From the NCBI GenBank assembly GCA_964016885.1, contig OZ024747.1, forward strand, positions 39,990,001 to 40,054,000: 64,000 nt of DNA, given 5' to 3'. Position numbers and translations under genes: made by a program. The DNA comes from Eledone cirrhosa (lineage: Eukaryota). Positions 1 through 11,684 of this stretch are shown here, in pieces; the stretch's first letter is position 1, and every line of letters begins with the position of its first letter. The notes below the pieces were generated by a model. That model had not been told where the DNA came from. It made no database searches and saw only the letters and a list, made by a program, of their open reading frames with translations.

Positions 1-1230
1 CGGGACTTAAAGGAACAGTCAGAAGAATGATTATCTTATTAGGCAGCGGTAATGATCTGCGTACACACGTAGACAGCCATCATATATACAAGCAACTGTT
101 TCAGCACCCGGAGGAAAACTAACGAACACTTTACTCCCAGGGATGGTGATGGATATGTGCTGAAAGGTTCTCATTCTTACGGTGAACATCTGTTTCTCGA
201 TGAAGATGAATAAGATGGAGAGTTCGGAGGGTCCGTTGTTTCCACCAACAGCTTTAACAAGAAACCTTTCAGAGAGGAGGCAGTAATGTGTCAACTTGCT
301 ATCTGCAAATTTTCTGACGACTGAAATTGCGGCTGTTGCCATTTTCACCAGCTTGACGCCAGAAAAAGAATCACTAAAGTTCGCATTCCAGATTAGAGAA
401 TTACGGTTCATGAGTTCTTTTACTATCACGTCGGTCTAAAACTGCCCATCGAAATACCGTTGAAAACAAATGGACGAAGCATGGACACTGCTCGTTTTTA
501 GAGGGAGAGAGAAAGCGATAGGGGAAAGAGATTTCCAGTGCACGTGATTATGTGTGCGGATCGTGGAAAAGAGTATGTATGTAGGACACAGATTGAAAGA
601 CAGGGAGAGAGGGGGGAAACAGGGAGAGAGGGAGAGAAAAAGACAATGAAAAAGAGAGAGTGAGACGGAGAAAATCAGAGAGAGGATGAGGAGGTTCAAA
701 TGAAAGTAAAAGAGAGCGTGAGAGAAAGACAGTAATAGAGAGAATGATAGAGAATTAGTGTGTGTACATGTTACGGAAGGAGATGTTGACAGAAAGTGAT
801 GTGGATTGAACTTGTTATTCTTGTTTTATTGTTGTGAAAACATTTTCAACACCTGCCATAGAATTTCATTTTTAGACTCTTTCTTTCAGACCACTCCTTT
901 ACATTTTCATCCTCTATATTCAATTTTACTTTATTTCGTTAGTGTTTTTCCTCATTGGTGAGCGAGAGTCTAAGTTTTTGTTGTTGTTTTTTTTTGTTTT
1001 TTTTTGTTTTAAAAAAGTGAAAGCCTGTTATTTAGATATTCTCAGAATGAAATTGGTGAGACTCATTATGAAGATTTCAGATCCGTTTATAATGTTGAAA
1101 GGAATGGAACAGTAACAAGATCTGATTTTACATGGACGTACATGTGCTTACAAACACACACGCACACACGGACTCACATACTCATACATGCAAACACACA
1201 CACACACATATACATATATATATATATATA

Positions 1231-1417
1231 ATATAGAATAGCTTCTACAGGGCTAGAACTGTTTCATTCGTGAGAAATCACCAGGAGCTTCCTGATGATT
1301 TCTCACGAATGAAACAGTTCTAGTCCTGTAGAAGCTTTTCTATATTAAACATTTATGCTCTACTATGTATTGAGTACCTTACTCACTGTGGATACCCCGA
1401 TTGAACCCGGAATAACT
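1231..1417 (+). mobile_element. Fold-back hammerhead element, family A (PLE pseudo-LTR-like)
   Basis: Inverted arms 1231-1285/1291-1345, then a unique tail to 1417, flanked by (TA)n. Homologous to 56872-57053. Confidence 0.8.
1286..1336 (+). ncRNA. Type I hammerhead ribozyme
   Basis: agcttc-CTGATGA-t(ttc tcac gaa)t-GAA-ACAG ttctagtc CTGT-A-gaagct. Stems I, II and III pair; cleavage triplet GUA. Confidence 0.85.
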
Positions 1418-1441
1418 TATATATATATATATATATATATA

Positions 1442-1666
1442 TCACCTTGATCACCTTGACCGACCAGCACGTCGTGCTGTTTTAGCCATAAGATAACGCC
1501 ATTCCACTGGCTGGGCGGGCAGGCCGGTACTACAGCTGAGTAAACTGGAGCAACGTGAAATAAAGTGTCTTGCTCAAGGAAACAACACATCACCCGGTCC
1601 GAGAATTGAACTCACAATCTTTCGATTGCAAGCCCAATGCTCTAACCCTAATCCATGCGTCTTCAC
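1442..1666 (-). mobile_element. tRNA-derived SINE with CORE-like domain
   Basis: B box GAGTTCAATTC, then CCTTGAGCAAGACACTT; homologous to 9421, 47321 and 61613. Confidence 0.75.
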
Positions 1667-1725
1667 AATATATATATATCAATTCAGAATATTAATAAAT
1701 ATAGACATTCATGTAATCAAATGTA

Positions 1726-1781
1726 TTTTATTATATATATTTCGGAGGTACTGTGTTGTTTCCTCAGTACGTCCTCATCAA
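1726..1781 (-). ncRNA. Degenerate hammerhead (family B)
   Basis: rc TTGATGA-ggacgtactg...cagtacctcc-GAAA-tatat-ATA-ataaaa. Paralog at 9217-9277. Confidence 0.6.
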
Positions 1782-1802
1782 TGAACCTTGTTTAACTTTT
1801 GG

Positions 1803-1838
<36 letters not shown>

Positions 1839-1843
1839 GTATA

Positions 1844-1902
<59 letters not shown>

Positions 1903-1904
1903 AC

Positions 1905-2590
1905 TATTTATAGGTATGTATATAGTATAAACAACTATAAACAGGAAGGTCATTCATTTCTTAATTACCTTATTGCCAGTAAGAGAAATAGCTCAATGTA
2001 TTAACATCAGTTGTTTTACAGAGCAGGAAAATAAATAAATTATACAATTATCAAAGTTGTGTTCAAATCATTTAATAGCTGACAATCGTTTCTTCCAAAC
2101 TCTCGTTTGGAATCATCGGAGCATTATCAATGTTTGCACATATAACCAACCTCCTATTCAACTGAACAATAATATAGATACATCTAAAGTGATCTATATG
2201 AGCAACAGTTTCGTATTTACAGGGTGGAATGGATGTGACATATATTTTAAGAGAATTGTAGAATAATTGTATAAACATTCAAGTTCAAATTCAAATTAAA
2301 ATTCAAACTAAATTAAAATCAAAAGCACGGAGTGGAATACATGCAACATATTTGTACAATTATTGTACAATTCTCTTAAAATATATGTCACATCCATTCC
2401 ACCCTGTAAACACGAAACTGTTGCTCACAACATCAATTTATATGTATCTATATTATTGTTCAGTTGAATAGGAGGTTGATTATATGTGCACACATTGATA
2501 ATGCTCCGATGACTCCAAACGAGAGTTTGGAAGAAACGATTGTCAGCTATTAAATGATTTGAACACGACTTTGATAATTGTATAATTTAT
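1905..2590 (-). mobile_element. Fold-back element with CCGAUGA-variant hammerhead on both arms (family C)
   Basis: Arms about 2035-2275/2351-2590. + copy 2500-2547: gct-CCGATGA-c(tccaaac GAGA gtttgga)a-GAAAC-gatt-GTC-agc. Tail about 1905-2034. Confidence 0.75.
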
Positions 2591-2598
2591 ATATATAT

Positions 2599-2722
<124 letters not shown>

Positions 2723-3094
2723 ATTATTATTAAGGCCAAAGAGTGAGTCTTGTTACTCAGGTCATCAGATTAACCTTAATAAAATGAATATATTCTTATG
2801 TAAATTACTGGATTTTTTAAGCCACCAACAGATTTTCAAACCTACTAGCATGTATTGCTTTCTTATTAACATACTGTTCACTTGCTGAGGTACTGTTTAG
2901 TAATCGTACAAACATTTGTGTACAAGAAGAGTACATTGAATTGCTTCCATGGTTGCACTCAAGTGTCCCATTAGATATATCACCAGAAGCCAATGATCAA
3001 AATATCGAGATTGACTTCAATATACATGGTGTATCCACTGAAGATCTCACACAGCTAACAATGCTATGTATACGTACCCCCCTCTCTCTCTTTC

Positions 3095-3230
<136 letters not shown>

Positions 3231-3401
3231 GCACAGAAAGAGAAGAGGATAAATCTCGTTAGAGGCTTGGTGAACTTGCTGAATAACAGGAACGACAAAC
3301 ATTAAGTCGGTGAGCAGTGGGGGAGGAGAGAATAACGATTATTAACACAGTGTCGAGTGAAGAGAAATCGAAGTCAGATTTGTCAGGCCAAATGAAACGA
3401 T

Positions 3402-3434
3402 CACGTGACCGGCTGTCAATGATTGATCACTAAT
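3402..3434. promoter_or_regulatory. Candidate enhancer motif cluster (E-box, Meis/TALE, Pbx-Hox, TAAT)
   Basis: CACGTG 3402-3407, CTGTCA 3413-3418, TGATTGAT 3420-3427, TAAT 3431-3434 in non-repetitive sequence. Confidence 0.3.
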
Positions 3435-4404
3435 TCCGGGTTGATGACATATATAGTGAGACTAGAAGCTTATGCTGAAGCAGTCTTTACGTGACCATCA
3501 ATAACTCCTTCATTTTTTTTAAGCAATTCTGAGATCAACTTCACCTTTCAAGTGATTTGATTTTGTAATTTCTTGTATGGTGATTGTTATTGTTATTGTT
3601 TTTGTTTTGTTTGTGTTTTGTCACTTGTTTCTTTAATATTTTATTTATGAATTCATTTGCATTATTATTCAGTCATGTTTGCTTTTTATGTCTTATTTAC
3701 ACAAAATCACTAAATTATTTTCAGCCTCTAATTCATTACTGATATATTTTCACATCTTATTCTCTACAATGCAATATTTCGTTGAATTTGTTTGTCTTTT
3801 TTTTCCGTTTCCCTTTGTTTCTTCTTTTGTTCTATTTTATGATTTCTATTTGTTGGCGACATACACAATCAGGAAGTAGTTAATTCAATGCGTTATTATT
3901 ACTTTTATTCTTGTTTGGTATTTTGTCTGTTTTCTGTTACACTTGTAATCACTTATGATATCATTCTTTATAAATGTTGTCATTAATCGTCACTAGGACA
4001 TTCTCTGTTCAAGATAAAGGGACTAAATCAATTCAAGCTGCAGATATTATAATTTCTTTATCGTTTTCGCCAATGCATTAATTTGTTTCATTTCAAGTTA
4101 TATTCTCTGAAGTATTGCGTTTTTTTTTCTTTAAAATTATATTGAAGTTTGCAATATATGTTGATAGGAAATAATAATAATTATTATTATTACTATGGAT
4201 CATTTTTGTAAATCTCAGACACATATATGTGAAACGACCTTGATATTACAGTTAGGGAGCAGTCAACAAGTTGACAACTGTTCCTCACGGCATTCTCTCC
4301 TGTGTCTTACACAGAAATTACTTTCCTTAAAATTATGGCCGTATATCATCAGGCCTTGTGCCAAAAGTAGAAACAATTATTATTACTGTTATTGGCCTTT
4401 ATCG

Positions 4405-4486
<82 letters not shown>

Positions 4487-4487
4487 T

Positions 4488-4581
<94 letters not shown>

Positions 4582-4607
4582 TAAGCAGCAGTAGTAGTAG
4601 CAGCAGA

Positions 4608-4673
<66 letters not shown>

Positions 4674-4685
4674 TGTAGTAGTATC

Positions 4686-4731
<46 letters not shown>

Positions 4732-4733
4732 TC

Positions 4734-4785
<52 letters not shown>

Positions 4786-4835
4786 TCAGCAGCAGCAGCA
4801 GTAGTAGTAGTATCAGCAGCACCAGCACCAGCAGC

Positions 4836-4879
<44 letters not shown>

Positions 4880-4916
4880 TAGTAGTAGTATAAGCAGCAG
4901 TAGTAGTAGCAGCAGA

Positions 4917-4995
<79 letters not shown>

Positions 4996-5021
4996 TCAGC
5001 AGCACCAGCACCAGCAGTAGC

Positions 5022-5074
<53 letters not shown>

Positions 5075-5078
5075 CAGC
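4405..5078. repeat. (TAG)n/(CAG)n compound microsatellite
   Basis: Direct reading; the variant block starting about 4579 recurs at about 4887. Confidence 0.95.
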
Positions 5079-7334
5079 TCTAACAGCATCCTGATTATTA
5101 CTGTTAGTACATGCACATCCGATTATCTTGTGTGACTGATGCCAATTAAATCTGATTGGTTGTTTTCCGTTGACGACTGTTGTCATCAAGACCATTATTA
5201 AACAGACAAACATTGATTTCTTTCATTTTACAAATAGATATATAAATAAATAAAATGAAATATATATTGGATTAATGCTTCCAAATGTTGATGGAAAGGA
5301 CAACAACAGTTTATTACAGGTACTTAATTGATTGCACCGCCGAATGTATATTCTATGACAGTAGAATCGTACTCGTAATGAACTAATTGTGTACCTTAAA
5401 TAAGCTCGCTAAACATTGTGGAAGTAAAACAGTCAGAGTGGATGAAACATTAAAATAGAACGTCAGATATTGTTACTGGAATATCCGGTGTCTCAAGCAG
5501 ATCAGTTAAATACACATACTTAAAATGTCAACTAAAATATCAGATAGCGATACTACCGTTTCTGAAAATATTACCAGTACAACATTTGGCTTTCTATCCA
5601 TTGGACATTATTTTATTTTCATACATTTTATATAAAATAAAATGCGTTTTTGTATTCAAGGAAGGTTTAAACACACTCGAGTTATGTGACCTCGAAGAAT
5701 GTATACCTAGTTGTAAACAATCAAGGTGTTTTATTGTTTCACGTGTAGGCACAAAACCTAAGAATGTATGAATGTTAATTCTACAGTATGACATCAATAT
5801 CTGTCCTGCTTATTTAGCATATTTAAGAAAAAAATTAAACTCGTTTAATATATATTTCTAAAAGTGATATAAGTAATAGGAAATCAAAATTATTTACACG
5901 ATTACGAAACATCCTGTAGCTATTGGATGCTCCCTCTGGCTGGATCGAGAGTTATATTTTACCATGATAACTAACAACACCTGGTAAAGCTAGATTAATA
6001 ATAATTAAATACCTTGGCCAGGAACACATTTTTGACGCGGAATAAATTGAGGTCGATAAAATACTATCATTTTCGGGTCCACTCTGTTGACTTTAAACTA
6101 TCATCTCTATAAAAATTGGTCTTACTCAAAGCGAATCAATAATTATGTTTCAATGTCACATCCAGGCAGTGTCGCGTGAACACGGTAAAAATTGATTTAT
6201 TCCCTGAAATCTAAAGAAGTACGAACAAATCGACAAATAATGCTTCCTGCGACAGAATATAAAAGCTATTTTTACAAACATATAATATTTCTAAAAGTCA
6301 TATGTGTGCGGTGTATACCTGTGTGTATATATATGTATCTGGTTATGTTTGCGTTTGTGTTTGTATAAATAAACGTGTGTATGTGCGTGAGTGTGTGTCA
6401 GGTTATCTTTGTGTGTGTGTGTGTGTGAGAGTGCGTACGTGAGTGCGCCTGTGCGCGTGATTTTAATATGTTTTATGTCTTTTGAAATCCGATTTAAGCA
6501 AGCGTTGTACATGATCTGGCACTAAGCTACCAGTTACATCGTATCCTATCAAATGTTACATTCGCACATAATTTCGAAGATAGTAGTTTAAGAAAGGTCG
6601 TAGAAGTAGTTTCTAAAAAGGTAACGTGCCAAATATAATTTGCGAAATGTATTTTAACTATTCTCCACATTAAGGGAGCAAGTTTACTTTTATTATAGAA
6701 ATAAAAAATACATTCAAGCATATACAGTTGACATATTCTACATACGCATGAAATTGTATATTAATTCGTCATATAGCTGCTATATCCCTACATGTCAATT
6801 ATCGAATTGTATATGCGTCTGTGTATATGAAATATTGAAATTAACAACGAAATGCTAGATTTTTAAATACAAGATTTGAAAACTGAAATTCAATGAAAAA
6901 AGCTGCTTTATCAGAAAATGATGAAGTTGTAATGTGGAAAATCCCAAACACAGAAATTGACTGTGAACACAGTTGATTTATATATACGTAGAAAAATGTC
7001 TAAAATACACCTATTGACGAAAGCAGCGTCCAGCATTGGCTACAGAGAATTGAGTTCTGCACGTCTCGTATTTCGACTGTACCATTGATCGAAACGACGT
7101 CTGACGCGAATTACCGTCTAGATAGATGCTAAATATCATCTTAAAATGTAAAGCCTATTATAATAAAATTATCGAATTGTCGCCTTAGTAATATATTTAT
7201 CGTAAATATTCTTTGATTCTGTATTCTGGCTAGGTGAAGAGGATTGTTACCCTAGAATGTTGGCTCTGCACATACAGAACCATCAGACCCTGAGAGTGCA
7301 CAGATGAAACAACATAATAACATGACTTATTCCA

Positions 7335-7453
7335 GTAAGGATGACAGGCAAAGTTAACCTCGACAGCGTTCGAACTCAGACCAGAAAGGGCCGTAACTCT
7401 TTGTTGCAAAGCATGGCGTCTGACCCTCTACCGATACTGCCAATCCATCGCCC
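7335..7453 (-). mobile_element. SINE family 2, partial
   Basis: rc GGATTGGCAGTATCGGTAGAG...GAGTTCGAA...GAGGTTAACTTTGCC matches the 43237 and 63666 copies. Confidence 0.7.
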
Positions 7454-7556
7454 TATCAACCTTAATATAACGAAACCGTAGAGTTTAACTGAGGAGATGG
7501 GACTGTCTGTCAGTCCGTTATTTTTTCCATTGTCTTTCTCCTGTGCGCTCCCTATT

Positions 7557-7593
<37 letters not shown>

Positions 7594-7690
7594 ATACATA
7601 TAATATATACATATATACTATGTAAATACAGTTGCGTCAAAGAGTGTATATAAGCTTCGACGTGTGTAATCGTATATGAAAACATTTATC

Positions 7691-7772
7691 TGTACATATA
7701 GATGTCGACAGCATATATTTGTACATATAGATATCGACAGCAGACATTTGTACATATAGATGTCGGCGTAGA
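7691..7772. repeat. About 30-bp tandem repeat, about 3 copies
   Basis: tgtacatatagatRtcgacagca repeated. Confidence 0.8.
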
Positions 7773-8650
7773 TATACGCACATATATATATATATATCAT
7801 GTTTGTTACAGACAACTTTCAGGCCGTAACAATAACACTTAATGAATATGTGAGATAACACTAAAAAGAGAATCCTTTGAGACTTTATATTGTAAAAAGA
7901 AACAAAATGCCGAATTCAATAATATTTTTTCTTTAGCTTGTTTGTTTATTTTGCTTAGAAATGGCTACGGTGACTCTTATATAATGTATTAGAATAATGT
8001 ACTCATGTGTGAGTGGATTATATTAATATGTATTACATTAATATGAATACCAATCATTAATATGCATATCGTTCAATAGATTGTAAAGAGACTTATACAA
8101 ATATTTCAATATCTACAGTGATAATGCTTTCTTTATTTATCTACAATTATAATGACATACGTACACACTCACAAATGCGTTAATATCTATTCTTCTACAC
8201 ACACACACCAGGCATTTTTACTGACTGTAAAGTATTTTTAAACATCAACAAATATCTAATTATTATCAAGATCTATAGGTCTTTAAACCAATGTTTTCTT
8301 TGAAATTACTGAAAGATATCTAGATGCACTATTTTCTGGCGTACCTAAATCAAACGACCAAATATCTTATTGCATTGAAGATATATCTTACATCACTTCT
8401 CTCCGTAGTCAGCTTTCATGCTGGCTACAATTTTGTCAGCGCCTATTCGCTTCTACACGTATCCCATATCGATGCCTCCGATGGTGACACTGAAGCTTTT
8501 GCCATTTGAAATATTTTCCATGAACTTCTATTCCTATAGGCATCTCTGACCAGCACGCACCGAAAATCCTCGATTTCTGTTTCACCACCATATCAACATA
8601 TATATAAATATATATATATTTATACACTTATTTATATATATACACATATT

Positions 8651-8714
<64 letters not shown>

Positions 8715-8751
8715 ATACACTTATTTATATATATATATACACATACTTATG

Positions 8752-8828
8752 TACCCACTCTCCAGAGCGTGAAATTAATAAACGTTCGTTGTACTGCCTC
8801 TCTGTTTTGTTCCTGTTCAAATTTTTCC

Positions 8829-8830
<2 letters not shown>
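8752..8830 (+). mobile_element. 3' tail of the PLE family seen at 10241-11936
   Basis: ccactctccagagcgtgaaa...ctgcctctctgttttgttcctgttcaaatttttcca is the reverse complement of about 10241-10316. Confidence 0.75.
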
Positions 8831-8874
<44 letters not shown>

Positions 8875-9195
8875 AAAGAAAATTTCGCTCTACATGGTTG
8901 AATACAATAAATGTAATCTGAGTTTTTCGAATATTAATAATAACATTCGATTTGTTTGCAATCTTGCAAGCAACCCTCAATTTTATAGCCATGTCAGTAG
9001 AATGAACACTTCATTCTTGATCTTGTGTTGGCATGTGAACAGAACTGCAGACACTAATGTTTCTGGGTATCACCCTTCACCAGTACAGCTCACATTTCAC
9101 CTGCCAAACTGTCAGAGCTAGTGAAAATATGTGCTATTTTAAAAAATACACTGTGTATTTTTGAAAATAGCACATATTTTCACTAGCTCCGACAG
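8875..9195 (-). mobile_element. Fold-back element with hammerhead in the tail
   Basis: Palindrome 9110-9195. HHR 9045-9088 rc: ctgta-CTGGTGA-a(gggt gat accc)a-GAAAC-attagt-GTC-tgcag (A6G variant). Confidence 0.7.
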
Positions 9196-9216
9196 AGCAT
9201 ATTTCAAAATATATGC

Positions 9217-9277
9217 TTTATTATATATATTTAGAAGGTACTGTGTTGTTTTTTCAGTACGTCCTCGTCAGATAAAA
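9217..9277 (-). ncRNA. Degenerate hammerhead (family B)
   Basis: rc ttttat-CTGACGA-ggacgtactg..cagtaccttc-TAAA-tatat-ATA-ataaa. Confidence 0.6.
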
Positions 9278-9420
9278 TATATGATTTGATATATGACATA
9301 CCACTACGGTCTTGATATTTCAACTCCAGTATTGGCAGTGATTTATTTCATCAAATCTGAACATTTATATACCACAAATAATAATATGATAAACTTTAAA
9401 TATATATATATATATATATT

Positions 9421-9545
9421 TGTGAAGGCGTGTGGCTGAGTGGTTAGAGAATTGGATTCGGAATCGTAAGGTCGTGAGTTCAATTCCTGGACCGGGCGAT
9501 GCGTTCTGTCCTTGAGCAAGACACTTTATTTCACGTTGCTCCTTC
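9421..9545 (+). mobile_element. tRNA-derived CORE-like SINE, 3' truncated
   Basis: A box TGGCTGAGTGG, B box GAGTTCAATTC, CCTTGAGCAAGACACTT. Confidence 0.75.
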
Positions 9546-9750
9546 TACCTGGAGTTGCGACCGATAGATAGTATTAGCAATTGGAAAGACCAACGGAAAC
9601 ACTGTTTCGTCGGTCCGATTTGACGAAAGTCGATCGTTCCTTTAATATATATATATATATATATATATTTAGGTGTGAAGGTTCACCACTGGATAGAGCT
9701 GGTCATTCCGTATGGCCAATCTATATTATTATTATTATATATATATACAT

Positions 9751-9966
9751 ATTTCTAGTATAGGCACAAGGCCAGTAATTCGGGGTGAGGGGAAAGGCGA
9801 TTAAATCAACCTCCGTACGATACTGGTGCTTTATTTTATCGATCCCGTACGGATGAAAGGCAAAGTTAACCTCGGCGGTATTTGAACACAGACCGTAAAG
9901 GACCCTAACTCTATGCTGCAAAGGATGGCGTCCGACTCTCTACCGATACTGCTAATCCACTGCCCT
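9751..9966 (-). mobile_element. SINE family 2
   Basis: Homologous to 43237-43420. Confidence 0.75.
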
Positions 9967-9976
9967 TATATTATAT

Positions 9977-10112
9977 AGTTACGGCCCTTTATGGTCTGAG
10001 TTCAAATCGCGCCAAGGTAAACTTTGCCTTTCATCCTTACAGGGTCGATAAAATAAAGTACCAGTAATGCACTGGGATAATTGCCGGCCTTGTGCCAAAA
10101 GTAGAAACAATT
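9977..10112 (+). mobile_element. SINE family 2, 5' truncated
   Basis: GAGTTCAAATC...GCCTTTCATCCTTAC...GATAAAATAAAGTACCAG...GGCCTTGTGCCAAAAGTAGAAACAATT. Confidence 0.75.
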
Positions 10113-10131
10113 ATATATCATGTATTACATC

Positions 10132-10223
<92 letters not shown>

Positions 10224-10331
10224 GTTAAAAATATATATAATGGAAAATTTGAACAGGAACAAAACAGAGAGGCAGTACGAACAAAGGTTTATTAGTTTCA
10301 CGCTCTTGAGAGTGGGGTGGTGGTAGGGAAA

Positions 10332-10365
10332 GACGTTTCGGGCATAAGCCCTTCTTCAGGTGAAA
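10332..10365 (-). ncRNA. Minimal PLE hammerhead
   Basis: rc tttcac-CTGAAGA-a(gggc ttat gccc)-GAAAC-GTC; stem III is only the ACGT palindrome. Confidence 0.7.
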
Positions 10366-11684
10366 AGTGTGAGAAGAGAGTTCCAAGGGTGTGTAGGGGA
10401 GTGGTGGAGGGACATATAGAAAAAAGGGGGTGAGAGGAAACGGTACAAATGAAATTAAATATAAAAGCATAATAAAAATAAAAATAAACATGAAGTAAAA
10501 CAAGTGGTGGAAGGGTGTGGGGCGTGTAGGGGTGGTGGCTAGTGGAGTGGGGAGAGGGAGGCGGGGTGTCCGAGCGGGGAGGGCTGAAGGTGGTGTGTGT
10601 GTGTGTAGGTGTACGTGTGTGTGTGTATGTGAAAGTAAGAGTTGGGGGAAGAACGGGGTTGCATGTTCAGGAAAAGGTGTGTGTGGGGTGGGGTGTAGAT
10701 CGGTGTGTGTGTGCGTGTGTGGATGGGGAGGGGTCAGAGGGGTGGGGGAGCGGATTGCGGAGGCTGAGTGTGTAAATATGTGGTGGTACGCACGTGTGTG
10801 TGGTGTTTATACGTGTTGTGGATGCAGGTGGCGTGTGGGAAAACAATTTTGTTTTAGTGTATGTCCGTGGGTGAGTCCCTAAGGTAGTTCCGTAGAGGAT
10901 GTGGTGGCATGCTGGGTAATTTTCGTGTGATGTGGTTGATTCTTGGGAGCGATGTCCAATGTGTGTAATCCGTGGTTGGGTTGGTCGGAAGAGGGGAGAT
11001 GTGGGGTGCGCGCGCAACAGGAAGTGGTCAGAAGGTCGAGGCAGGAGGAGGGTTGTGTGTCTGTGTGTGCGGAGAGGTGGTCAGAGATTCAGGGCATAGC
11101 AGCAGTCGGGGAGAATGGTAAGTGAAGAAAGTCGGTGTCAGTGTGTGCGGAGGTGCGGTGGACGGGGGAGAGGATGGGTAGGTGTGAAAGTTGGGTTGAG
11201 GAGGGGGTGTGTGTATTAGTAGAGGTGTTAGTGGGGTCAGTGGTGGTAGGGTGTGTAGAGTGGGTGGTCTAAGTGGGTGTGTGTGTTCGTGTGCTTGGGG
11301 TTGGGGGGTGTTAGTGATATTAGTTGCGTGTAGAGTGGGTGGTGTAAGTGGGTGTGTGTGTTCGTGTGCGTGGAGTCGGGGGGTGGGTGTTAGTGATGTT
11401 AGTTGCGGGGTGGTGGGGGTGGATGTGTGGGGGTGAGAGTTAGTGGTGGTAGAAGGGTGTGTGTTTAGTGTGAGCGCGTGTATATATGTACCGGTGGGTG
11501 TGTGCGTGTGATAAGGGGAGGGGGGGAGAAAGGAGGGATGTTAGTATTGTTAGTTGGGGAAGGGTGATCGGGTGTGGGGTGGGGTGTTAGTATTATTAGT
11601 TGGGGGTGGGCGGTGAAAAGGAGGAGTGTGTTAGTGGTGTTAGTGGGGGATATGTGTGGGGGGAGGGGGGAGGGCTGTCGAAGG

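Noticed and set aside
31-429. 132-aa minus-strand ORF
   Set aside because: No recognisable domain. The unique sequence next to a GA-rich tract and a CACGTG may be UTR or promoter, but this cannot be supported.
2900-3060. Short open frame (VQEEYIELLPW..)
   Set aside because: No splice signals or homology recognised; it runs into a microsatellite.
4349-5213. Poly-L/T/S ORFs
   Set aside because: Translations of a trinucleotide microsatellite.
7070-7105. tttcga..tcgaaacgacgtc possible half-hammerhead
   Set aside because: No convincing core or stem I.
9595-9640. tttcgtc..gacgaaa hairpin
   Set aside because: Too short; the ribozyme core cannot be assembled.
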